Origin: Microbotryum violaceum
Lineage: Eukaryota
Direction: 5' to 3'
DNA: 64,000 bases
Assembly: GCA_001244265.2 (NCBI GenBank)
Contig: CDLV01000004.1
Coordinates: 620,001-684,000, forward strand
Part shown: in pieces, positions 50,116 to 64,000 of the stretch
Layout: every line of letters begins with the position of its first letter
How positions within the stretch are numbered: position 1 is the stretch's first letter
Made by a program: the position numbers and the translations under genes
Notes under the pieces: generated by a model
Databases searched by the model: none
Seen by the model: only the letters and a program-made list of their open reading frames with translations
What the model was told of the DNA's origin: nothing

Positions 50116-50814
50116 GGCTCATCATGAGGGGAGATGCGATGTTGAGTGGAGGAGAGAGAGGATGCGTGAGGCGCGGCCGGGCTTAAGTGACCTGGACCTA
50201 TGCAGCCTTCGAGGCGGACCGGACTACGACTGGTCCGTGCGCCGACCTGCGTCTCGTTCCGAATCAGTTGATTCAAGCTGCTGTAGCAAGATGATCAAGC
50301 GTTCCTAGACTTAAGCTTCTGTGAAGCCTCATCAATAATGATGAAGTAAAGACTTATCTCTCCAGTTTTCAGATAGCGCCAATATATGCCATGCTACAGC
50401 AAGGGGGCACTGCACTTTTCAGGGCCAAAATTCCGGAGGGTAACTGGGCCAAGCGCGCCGATAACTCACAAGCCCCTCCCAAAACCCAACCCAAAGGGAG
50501 GGGCGTCGAGCTTAGGAGGACCCCGGCTAAGCGCGTCGATCATCATTAATTCTCAATGGCGAGTGGCCACGAGCCCGGTTGCTACCTGCCGAGTCGGCCC
50601 ACTCAGCGCACAGCTTGGGCGTCATCAGCCTCCCCGAGTCCCCGCGCCAGAGCGCACCACTAGCGCAGACAAGCGCAAGCTAGCGCACTCAGGCTGGCCT
50701 CCGCTGGCAAGTTGCCACCGCCCGGCCCTCTCCTTTCCGTCTCTCTGTACTGCCTTGTTCTAACTTGGACCAAGTTTCCTCGCATCTCTAGGACAGGCTA
50801 TCAAAATCACACAA

Positions 50815-53805
50815 TTGCCGTCATGTCACTGCTTTCTGATCTTGTACACCTCCGCACCATCGAGGTCAGCCCACTGCAGTGCACAACTCTCGAATATCGA
50901 CAACGTGATAAGCCTCGCGTCCACCACTAGCGACAGCCGTTCCTCTCGCCGCACCGATCAAGCACAGTATATCTACTCCGGTCCGCTCGTACGCAACCGT
51001 CCAGTGTCAGTGCTCGACGATGTGGCTGTCAAATGCAGTCTTGGGCAGCTCGTGTGCAGCAGCATCAACTTCAGCCTGGATCTCCTGAAGGAGCTTTTTC
51101 GCCGGGCTCACCACGTGGAAGGTAACTCCAGGAGGAATCCGCTTGCGAAAGAGCTATTCCTACAAGTACTCGTCTGCTCGTGCGATCCAAATTGTAATGC
51201 TTGCTCAAATGGGTATGTCTTCAGAAGACAACAAGTCGCGAGTCCTGTGACTCCACCACGACGTCATTGCTTCCCCGAGTACAGAGCATACGTATCAAAA
51301 CCTTTCAACGTGCTTCAAGCCGAACTGAACGAGGAAATCCAGAAGAATCGGGAGAAGGTCTCACCGTATAACTCCAAACGAAAGATGCACAGACGTCCAC
51401 CGCTGCTGCCCGAACCCGAACCCGAACACGAACGACCCCCTGGAGTGACATCGCATTATGCGCCAGCATCCGATCAGTTGAAGACTGAGATTCGTTCTGA
51501 ATGGAATGATTACTTCACCGAGGCTCGATTCCGTCTCTTCTGCTGCCTCGTCTGTTCCGAGAGAGTCTTCGGGCATAACGTACGATGGGTGCCTGAAGAC
51601 GACATGAAGCGTGAAGAATCAGGAATTTGGAAGGTATTATTAACCAACTCTACGCTACGGACGGACCTTCGACCTCCGACTTAAGATTTTTCAGCTTGGC
51701 GGGGCGCACTCATCGATCCCCGAGGTCTTCATCGACCGAGCGATTTAAACGATCAGATCGTGTACTCGTCCACGAACAACGCGCTTCAGTGCTCACTCTG
51801 TCCAGACTGTTTCAAAAGTTTGTTCCCTACCACAGGGCCACCGACTAAACCCCCTCGGTCGTTGAGCAACGGATTCTATCACGCACTGGACCACGTCCCC
51901 GCTGATGTCCGAGAATGCTTCTCCAACGCCAGTCAGCTTGAGCACCTCGTCACCGCGCGCGCCAGAGCGTACAAGATCGTGTACAAGCTGACTCGTTTCG
52001 GAGATCCCAAAGCCCAACAAAAATTCACGCGCGGGAACACCGTCATCTTCAGCCAGAACACCGCTCCGTTCACCGATGTACTGCCCATGTCAGTCGAGGA
52101 ACTCGTCGACAGTGTTTGCGTTTTATTCTGCGGAGGAAGCCCCAACCTTGCGGAGTTGGACAAGTGTCGACCCATGATCGTGAAGCAAAATCGGATTCAA
52201 AAGATGCTCAGATGGTTGATCAACGAAAGCAAGAATCCGGCGTACTCTGCCGTCTCCTTTGATGGCGAAAGACTTGCACAGCCCGTTCGACGCAGTTCCG
52301 GTGCGCTCGACCAGACCTCTCCAGCTTCTACGGCGGTTTCAGCTTCCACTTCGACTTCGGCTTCCGTCTGGGTTGCTCCCCAAGTACCGGATCGACAGAT
52401 CGCGGATGAAGACGTTCTCGTGCCCGACCTAGTTTTGGCGAATGTGGTGACCGCAGAGACAGTGGAACCAACATCATCGCTCTTTGAAGGCTACGCAACA
52501 ACGCATAACGACTCTGATGAACCAGTATTCGACACGTCCATGTGCCGCCACCCCCTACCGACGAACCAATTTACTCATGGCAGTTCTTTGAGAAAGCTCT
52601 CCGTTATTTTAACCATGACAAGCCTACCTATGTCATTCCGACAGGCGACGCCCCTTTGTGGGAATCTTCGGATGAGCTCCTGCTCTCGAAGCTGTGGCCA
52701 CACCTCGATCCATTTGGTCTCGTTGGTTTCTGTGTCGAGCGCGACGTCAAAATTTCTCTGGACGAGCAAGTCAAGCATTGGCTCAATCTATACGATAGCA
52801 TTTTTCGATGCGACCCGTCTTGCCCATTCATCGTCTCAAACATGCTCCGCCGACGAGAAGTGTTTCGCCAACTCGCTTTTCGGGTTCCCAAAGAGAGGGT
52901 GGCTCGAATCGGAGCAGCACTGCTCGAAATCGACATGGATGTTGTGTCCGAAATGATCGAAAAATCAAGGACACGAAAAGGTACAAGGCAACAACAGAAG
53001 CAGAAAAGTATATCAACCGTATTATGGCGGAATTGCAAAGTGTCGGAGACAAATTTCACGGCACAACTGCGCAGATGCTCGACATGAGGAATGAGATCCG
53101 CGGATACGTCAACGCGTTCGGTATGTACACCCTCTTCGTCACCGTCAAACCCGGCAGATGTACGCTCACCGTTGCGATGACGAGGTATCTCACAGCCTTG
53201 GGCGCATCAAGGACAAGTTTCTCCACCAAGCAGATACCGTTTAGGCCAACGACAAAAAGTCATCTAATCATGGGTTGCAACGCTCTTCCCACTGTGAAAG
53301 ATCTGTGGGGGAATACTGACACTCCATACCATTTGATTCCCATGTCTCTCAGCGGTGGACACATTCACCACGCCTAGCCAGGCCGTCTCGCGCCCAAGTC
53401 GCTCCCGGAAGTCCCGATCTCTCAACGTCAACTGAAACCACTTCTTACAGCTGAATTCGGTGAACGCGCGATGTGGGTCCCCGGCGCTGACGACCACATG
53501 CGAACACAAACTCGTCCAGACGCGCACTGTGACATGGGCGATGTCGAGTGATCTTAACTTATGCATTTACACCCCCGCTCTGGCTCGATCTCGTTGCCTG
53601 CAATGTTCATCAGCGTTTGGCACATTTACACGCCTCATTCATGTGAACCGAACTGACTCGGGAACTCTGAGTCGGTGCCGTGCTGCATACCCGATCCATG
53701 GCACGTTCTTAGTAATACTAGCTGACGCTCTCAGTCGGTGTTATGTACTCCGTCAGAGGTTCAGGGACCCGTCGCCCCCTCCGGGGGCGCGTTAATCTTA
53801 TCTAA
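50815..53805 (+). mobile_element. Helitron family C (DUF6570-like plus Helitron_like_N), truncated Rep; 5' end not located
   Basis: CLVCSE, CPDC...PPRSLSNG, QKFTRGNTVIF, WPHLDPFGLVGF and MRNEIRGYVNAFGMYTLFVT. In-frame TAA at 51682 and frameshifts. Hairpin CGCCCCC-TCC-GGGGGCG (53773-53789), then CTAA|T at 53802-53805. Confidence 0.8.
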
Positions 53806-54063
53806 TGGGGAACCCTGGGTGCGATTGCGCGGGAATCTGGCCCGCCGTGCACGTGGCTTGTGTCGGGCCGGTGATAGCAAGTTTCCAAGAAGCGGAGCCC
53901 ATCGAGTTCAACTCACACTTACTCTGAACCCTAAATGGCGAAAGAGAAGACTTTGACGGGACTTGGCGTCCTAGTTTGTCATAACATAGATGTGATTACA
54001 AGCACAAGACAACCAAAAACCACAGTCGCACGACACCACCTTTCCGGACTGGTGCTACAGCCC

Positions 54064-57030
54064 CTACGCATCATGCATTCCTTCGTCGTCTACTGCCTCA
54101 GGGTCTTGTTTTGAATCGTGGTCGGTAATGAGAAACCTCGTATCCCCTTGTCCATCGGACCCCTCTGCCTCGTAAATTACGTCGCTTGCTTCCCCTTCAT
54201 TGGGCGAGCTCGCTTCAACGCCCAAGGTGTCCTCTCGGAGCTCATCGCTAGGCGGGCCGATCAAGAAGTTCTCTACCTCGGTGACAGCCTCATCGGTGTC
54301 GGAGCTCACAGTCGCCCATCCGGCGAGTCGCATGCCGTTCAATAGCCACTCGAGCCTTTCGGCTTTCTCCCCAACCGACAAGGATCCCCCAGCGAGCGCT
54401 CCTTCGAGAGCCTCGCCAGGCGCCGCCGGAAGGCGAATCAGCAACTTGGTCCACTCGGCGAGGCGTAGCGGCATCAACCCGGGTGTCAGCCACGCTAATG
54501 ACGGGACGTCACGCACTCGTTCCGCCAGCATGGCACCAGCACGAATCCCTACCCGTCGATAGACTTCCGCCAACAGATCCACTGCAACGGCCCTACGTTT
54601 GGTCGTGTCCGAGGTTGCATGCTTGCCTGATCCATTTGACGTTTCGAAGCTGTCGATGCGAGCCTGGAGATTGAGCAAGAGGGGTAGAACGAGAGAGGAC
54701 CAAGCTACCGTCACCATGAAGCGAATGGCGGAAAGCACTTCTACTTGAGAGTCACCATCGTGAGCAGGCATTGAGGACTTGTCGCCGAGCAAGCTTTCCG
54801 CGGTTGTGTCGAGTTTTGAGCGCAGTGCGCCTAGTAATTCGAGATCGGAGAGATAAGAGGCAACGACAGCTTCGTCGAGCCAATGAGATCGGGCGAAAGT
54901 CCCCGAAATTTGGCGAACACATCTTCGTGCCAGATGCGTGGCGTGGTAAAGGAAGGGGTAAAGGCATCGATCAAAAACTTCGGCCGATTCCAAAGTCGCG
55001 TCTGCCGATGCGCTACTTTCGAGGGGTTCGGGAGCCAATCCCGCGAGCAGTAACTCGTCCGCCTCTTCAAAAATCGAGATCGTTGACGAGCTGAGCGAGT
55101 TCAAAGCTTCGAGGAGCTGCGGAAAAATGCGCATCGATTGAGCGTAGGCTTGTGGAAGTGCTGACGAAGGGCGGTTACTGCTTACAATTAGGAAAGTCCA
55201 CTCCATTTCGGGATCCGGGATCCCTTCGACACACAACTCACGCAAGTGCGTGGCGTGCGCGACACTGTACGGTTTCCCTGCCATTGGTGAGGTGACTGCA
55301 TGGTCTCAGAAATCAGGCCCAAACCGCAGTCAGCTTGGCTCGCCTGTATGCGGGGAAATGGCTCCGGTCGCGATGGGCTCACCTCCGATCAGTGTCCCCA
55401 ACAAATGACAACTCGCAACGTTTTCTCTCCCGCCGTGTACCAGCGCTCCATACTCCCAAGCCAGCCCAATCGCTTGCTCCCTCAACTTGTCGCACGCGTG
55501 GGCCCTTCGCTTGCCAAATTCACGCAGATCGGATTCACCAAAGAGGCTTGGTATATTCCGATTGATGCTCTTGAAAGAGGGAATCCGAGAAGAGTGGGTA
55601 TAGTAAGACGGCGTTGATTCTGTGGTCGTGAAGAGTAGAGGGTGGGACGAGATGCATGCGGTGAGGGCGATGACCGAGCGCGCGAGCACCTGGGTCGAAG
55701 CAGGCAAGTCGTATAAACGGCCGTTGACGGCTTGCACTTGGCTGGAGAGAACTGGAAGAGAGAACAAGCCCAGCCAGTATTGAGGCGTCGCTTTGAACAC
55801 TATTCGCAGGCAAAAGGAAGGCACATCCACACCCGTCAGAAAATTCCGCCGCACGCTGCAGATGGCGGCCTACTCACGTTCGATGAGGTGGGTGATAAGA
55901 GCTGTGCTGAGTTGCTGATCGGCGAGCGTGTCGCCAGAGTAGCGAACCAGAGGACTTTCGTTATATAGCCTAATGGCTTCCCTAGCCTCTCTCGCCGCTT
56001 CCCTGGCGATGGCTTCAGCACGCTGCGCCGCCACCACGCTTGAAAAAGGGACCGCGGCGGGCTGTCGGTAAGGCACTTCCTCGTTCTCAGCGCTTATTCC
56101 GGTATCCTTGGACATGGATGTGGCGACACGAGCTGCTACTGCGTTCTGGAGTCGACGAGCGACGAGTGAAAGCGGCTGTCCGTCCTTGCCGAGCTGAGAA
56201 AGCGACACCGGGTTCGAACTAGCGGATGTTTTCAACAACGCCGTGCCGTGCTCGCGAGCAGCAGCCGAGTCGACGAGTGTGCCCCCCGTTCTACGCGTAC
56301 GTCCGAGAAAAGACCCACAGTAAGCGTCAGTATTCGTCATCGGCCTCAGGCCCTTGCCCTTCTACTTGTGCCGTAGCCGGGACTGACTTGGCCAGCACGA
56401 TCCGTTTGCCAGCACGGGGCTCCATTTTCTTGCGCACATGTGGTGTGAATGTACATGCTGTTGAGGAAATGAAATGATGCATAGTGCGATACCGAAGCGC
56501 AGTTCCGGAGTCAGCGAGAGTAGCTCGATCTCGATTCAAGCTCGGATTTCGAGTTCCGCGGCATCGACAAGATCGCACTCGCTCGCCGGAGTTTGCGCTA
56601 CAGAGACGTACGGATGCCATGCCGAGAGCACTGCACGCAGCTCTGTCCTTCTTGGATGCACCTTACTTTCCTCAGCTTGCCTGTGCAACAAGATCGCAAG
56701 CCGACGTCAGTGCCGACGCCGATCCATGGCTGAGCTCGGTCATCGCTTAGTATCTCGCAGCAGCGGCATTAACGTGCACCACCACCACCACCAGCCTCGC
56801 GACGTACATGCATCGCAGGTGAAGCGACCTTTGGCCTTCGCATCCTTATTCGGTTTTCTATCTCCGCCGAACGCCGACGAGGAACCAGGCGACGACGGTG
56901 CATCTGTATCGTGCGAAGCCGGCGGTGTGCCTCCGACGCCTGCTGTCTCGTCGTCGCCCTCGACCAGCATGCCGGTCCCATCAAGCGCACCTGGCGCAGA
57001 GGCAACTTCGGACGAGGCTCGGGTCGACAT
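54064..57030 (-). CDS. Zn(II)2Cys6 fungal transcription factor, multi-exon
   Basis: Splicing two GTACGT...CAG introns gives CDACKLRKVRCIQEGQSCVQCSRHGIPCTF, followed by long helical ORFs down to 54064. Confidence 0.85.
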
Positions 57031-57417
57031 GAGTCCAAGAGGGGCGGGATGGAAGTCCAACACGGGCGGTGGGCGACGAGCACGCGTTCACTTAGCAAAG
57101 TGAAACGGAGCTTGCGGCCTCGGGTATGCCGCCAAAGTGGGGTGAGAGAAAAAGCTACGACAAGCCGAGTTTTGGCCCGGCGTTCAGGGTGCGGATGGGC
57201 GCGTCTCCTCTTCGGAGAACTCAGTGTTCGCGTCAAAACTTGAAGACTCATATAATTATTTCGCTTTCTCTTTCCCTCTCTCTCTCTCGCTGTGTTCCTG
57301 GATCGCTTAAACAGCTTCAAGCACCGTTCACGGAGAATCGAGATAAAAAGGAAAGTGCAAAAACCATGTGGTGCAAACCTCAATTGCGATCTTACGTAGG
57401 AGCCTCACTCTGCTCCC

Positions 57418-59680
57418 TCAATGTCCTTCTTCGGCCAGCATTTCGGCAACCGCACAGAAGAATGAGACGGGCTTGAACTTGATCGGGCGACCAAGCCACT
57501 CCGCCCACCCATATCTGACTTTTCCTACCCATCCAATTAGATCACTGTAAAGTCGGATCAAGGGGCCGAGACCGGACAAGGGCGTGCACGCGCGTGTTAC
57601 TAAATCGCAAGCCTCGGCGTTTGTTGTCCCGGGACTCACTTCGGACTCACAGGTGATTCACGTTGTTGAGCGTTGCCTGATAATTGCCCCACTTGGCACT
57701 CCGTACCGACACCAATCCGTCGTTTGGTCCTTCCTTTTCCAAAAGGATCCCATATGGGACGCGAAAGACGTTCGTCCAGGTGGGCACAAACTCGGCTCCA
57801 TAGCTATAGTAGGCGACGTCCTCCCGATCGGGCGTTTGCTCGTTGAACCTCGCCATCTTGCTTACAGTTAGGTCCTCGAATGCTCGACCACCACCGGGTA
57901 TCCCAACGGTTTCAACCAAACTCAGGAGCTTGGGAAGGTGTTGCTGCCCGATCACGTCCTCGAGCATGAAATCGGCGAACGAGGAACCTCGGTGTGGGCT
58001 CGAGATGGTCGTTAACGATCTGACAGAGAAACTGGTCGGCCGAAGGTGGGTGATCAAAAATCGACCATCAAGGCCACCCTAACGACAGATTGTGCGTCAG
58101 CTTGAGCTTCAATTTGCGTCACCATAGACTTTGGCTCGACCGACCATTGAGTGTCCAATCAGGTTTACTTGCTTCCCCGGAAAGCGCTCCTCGATACACA
58201 AGCAAAGCACCTTGGCCCGCTCTTCGATCGAGTCAGACGCTGGAACTTTAGCGATCATTACTTCGACCCCCAAGCCTTCAAGGGCCTCTTTCACGCCTAC
58301 CCAGTACGAAAATCGCAGCGGCTTGATCGAAATCGGTCCGAGCATGTCGAATCCGAACAAACCGTGACAAAAGACGATCGGGTGCTTCGGGCATCGATAC
58401 GACTCCTTGAGCACCGTATAGATGTCCATGTGCGAGTCGTCAACAGCCTCTTGATCCTCTTGATTGAGCATTGGCTCGATGTTGTCCTCATCCTCATCAT
58501 GGCGCATCTTGCGACGAGTTTGCGCATCGGAGGCGAAGGACGAGGTCGAGAACGTCCTAGTTGCCCTCGGGCCAAAGGGGTTCGAGATTGAGAACGACGA
58601 CAGTAGCGAGGCATGGCCGTCCAAAGCATTCGAAATAAAGCTACGTGGTCGATCGGGTCCCTGGGAAGCTGGGGTTGTGCCCCCCTTTGGTGAGTCTTCG
58701 TCTGCTTCCCGGTAGATCCTGCGCGCTCGACCGCTGATCCCAACCGACCTCGCCACTGTGGCGAGCTCGTCGGGCGCAAGGTCTAGCATGTCACGTTCAA
58801 GGTCATCAGCACGCTTCTGTGACAGGTGCTGCTGCGCTATTTCGTCGACGGCTGGTCTTCCAGCGAAGTACGACAGGAAACTTCGAGTTTGCTGTTGTTG
58901 CCGCTGCTCCTCCGACTCGAGATCGGGTTTGAGAGTTGCTGTTGACGTGATCGGGGTTGAAGCGCTGGGCCCGACGACTGTGAATGGCCACCACCAGTGA
59001 CCCCACCGGAGAGCATTCATATCCCCTTTCGCGTCGTCCGATTGCTGCTGCTGCTGGTCCTGCTCCTGACGAGTCGGAACGGACTGCGAAGATCTCGTAA
59101 TCAAAGGCGTGTGCTCGGTGTCGGGCAAAGGGGCGAGGGTCGTACTGGGCTCGGACGAGGCGCGTGATGTAGGGCCATACCACGGCGGTCGGACCAGCAA
59201 CTGCGAAGCCCGGCGTTTAAGGTCGCTGTCGGAGCGTATCAGGAGCGATCGCAGCGACTCAACCGAAGCACTGGGGCTGGGCTGTGAACCGGAGCTGTTG
59301 GTCGTCGTCGGTAGCGACGGGGCGAGGGTGGCCGGTGCATTGCTTGACCACGCTGGCCGCGACAAGTCAGAGTGACGGGCAGCATGCGATGACGTGGAGG
59401 CTGAAACACCACACGGAGCGACATTGGCCAGTAGCGGGCGCGGATACGGCTTCGAATGGGAGGGAACTGAGGGGGGCGAAAGTGGGGGCGAGAGGGCAAG
59501 GATAGGAGAAGGATGGCGGACGGCATGATCATGGGAGGCATGAGACGGATCGAGATGAGCCGCGAGTGCGGTCGCCAAATGAGCATCGACCCCAGCCGAA
59601 ACTTGATTACTCAGAGATGCCTTGCGTGTAGGCGGTGGCTCGGTACGCTCGATCGAGGTTGGAGATGTCGGTCGCACCAT
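57418..59680 (-). CDS. Tgl2-like triacylglycerol lipase (alpha/beta hydrolase) with a long disordered N-terminus
   Basis: PIVFCHGLFGFD, nucleophile elbow LIGHSM|GGLD split by an intron, TTISSPHRGS, NDGLVSVRSAKWG and VNH|SDLIGW. Confidence 0.9.
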
Positions 59681-60087
59681 CAGGCAAGCTCGTGAATGAG
59701 CCTCGCGGCGGCTGCGTCGCAGTGCAGCACGGAGCTGCGTTGACGATGCCACCCTGTCCAGTACCTCGCACCGCGCAGACTCGGCGCAAAGCAGTGGGTC
59801 CACAGTTTGCGACTGACAAGCGGTGGCGGGCCTGACGAGGCGAAGAGGGTGTGAAACGCGAGCTACTTGTGTGGTGTGAGCAAGTGTGTGTCCGCGACAG
59901 GCTCGCTGCGTGCCACGCGTCACACCGGCCTGGACAGGTACCTACTGCGAAAGCAAAACTTCCTACGTTCCGAGCCAGCAACAGGGGAATTTGTGAGGGA
60001 GGAAATTGGGTCTAGCAAGAGGAAGTGATTCACACCGCACTCGCCTAAGGACCCCCGAAAGCAATCAGGGGGCGGTACCAGGGTACC

Positions 60088-60328
60088 AGGACCCCCGAAA
60101 GCCCAGCCGGAGGCGCTTTTTTTTTTTTTTTTTTTTTTTTGACATTTTGAGGACCCAAAATCCTGAAAATCATCGAGGCGCATTGCAAAAAATTGACATT
60201 TTGGGACGAAACACGTTTCGCCCCGAGGCGTATGTCTAGATTTTGACATTGTCCCGTGAGTTGGCCCAATTTTGGCCTACCCTGAGCAGCCTACGGCATG
60301 ACTTTGGGCCCGTTTGCCTTCGCTTCGA
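60088..60328 (+). mobile_element. Third P-like element end (TIR plus subterminal region), truncated
   Basis: Near-identical to 16084-16315. An extra 15-bp TIR start, AGGACCCCCGAAAGC, lies at 60048-60062. Confidence 0.9.
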
Positions 60329-60339
60329 TCGCGACGGCT

Positions 60340-60620
60340 TGTATACATGTAAGGATATATCCTTACACATGAGTTAAGGTCAATACACAACCAAATCTGT
60401 TCATCTTGATATTGTAACATCAACATATAACTATTTCTGAATGGTGTCTGCAAGGACTACATGATAGCATGTGTATTGCAAGACTTGTAGTGATTCAAAA
60501 TTTCTGTGTCCTTACCGCACCTCCCGTATCCTTACCGCACCCTCGTATCCTTACATGTGTCGACATGTGTAAGGATACGCCCGCGCGCGCACGTCACATG
60601 CGTAAGGATACGCTCGCGCG
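60340..60620. repeat. Palindrome-rich segment built on TAAGGATA/TATCCTTA; possibly the start of another LTR
   Basis: Perfect 20-bp palindrome TGTAAGGATATATCCTTACA (60348-60367), plus several direct and inverted GTATCCTTAC copies at about 60508-60612. Confidence 0.6.
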
Positions 60621-60660
60621 CAAAGAGCACTGGCTGCTGCTGGTGAATAATTGACTCTTT

Positions 60661-64000
<3,340 letters not shown>

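Overview
Eukaryotic, intron-rich fungal DNA. Gene content and transposon families point to a basidiomycete, probably Pucciniomycotina or Microbotryum-like (inference). Two host-gene islands are present: SOD2, MID1, a rhodanese/dual-specificity MAPK phosphatase and UTP10 at ~18.2-32.2 kb; a Zn2Cys6 factor and a TGL2-like lipase at ~54-59.7 kb. The rest is dense, nested transposons. (1) A 6.9-kb TIR element with an exact 8-bp TSD (37086-43968). Its single gene fuses a Ulp1/SENP-like cysteine protease to a P-element/THAP9-like DDE transposase. It is split by a copia-family solo LTR and sits inside a Helitron. A 2.1-kb deletion derivative ends 34 nt upstream of the SOD2 ATG, and a third end lies upstream of the lipase. 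(2) An 8.6-kb KDZ (Kyakuja-Dileera-Zisupton, CxC1-type) element with ~127-bp TIRs, a convergent HMG-like partner gene and an unexplained middle region. (3) Three Helitron families (five copies) with visible hairpin+CTRR ends. (4) A decayed DUF6589-like gene facing a RecQ-like helicase fragment. (5) A Ty1/copia element with a half-tRNA-type PBS that runs off the right edge. Family names come from recalled motifs, not database searches, and exon borders were read by eye.
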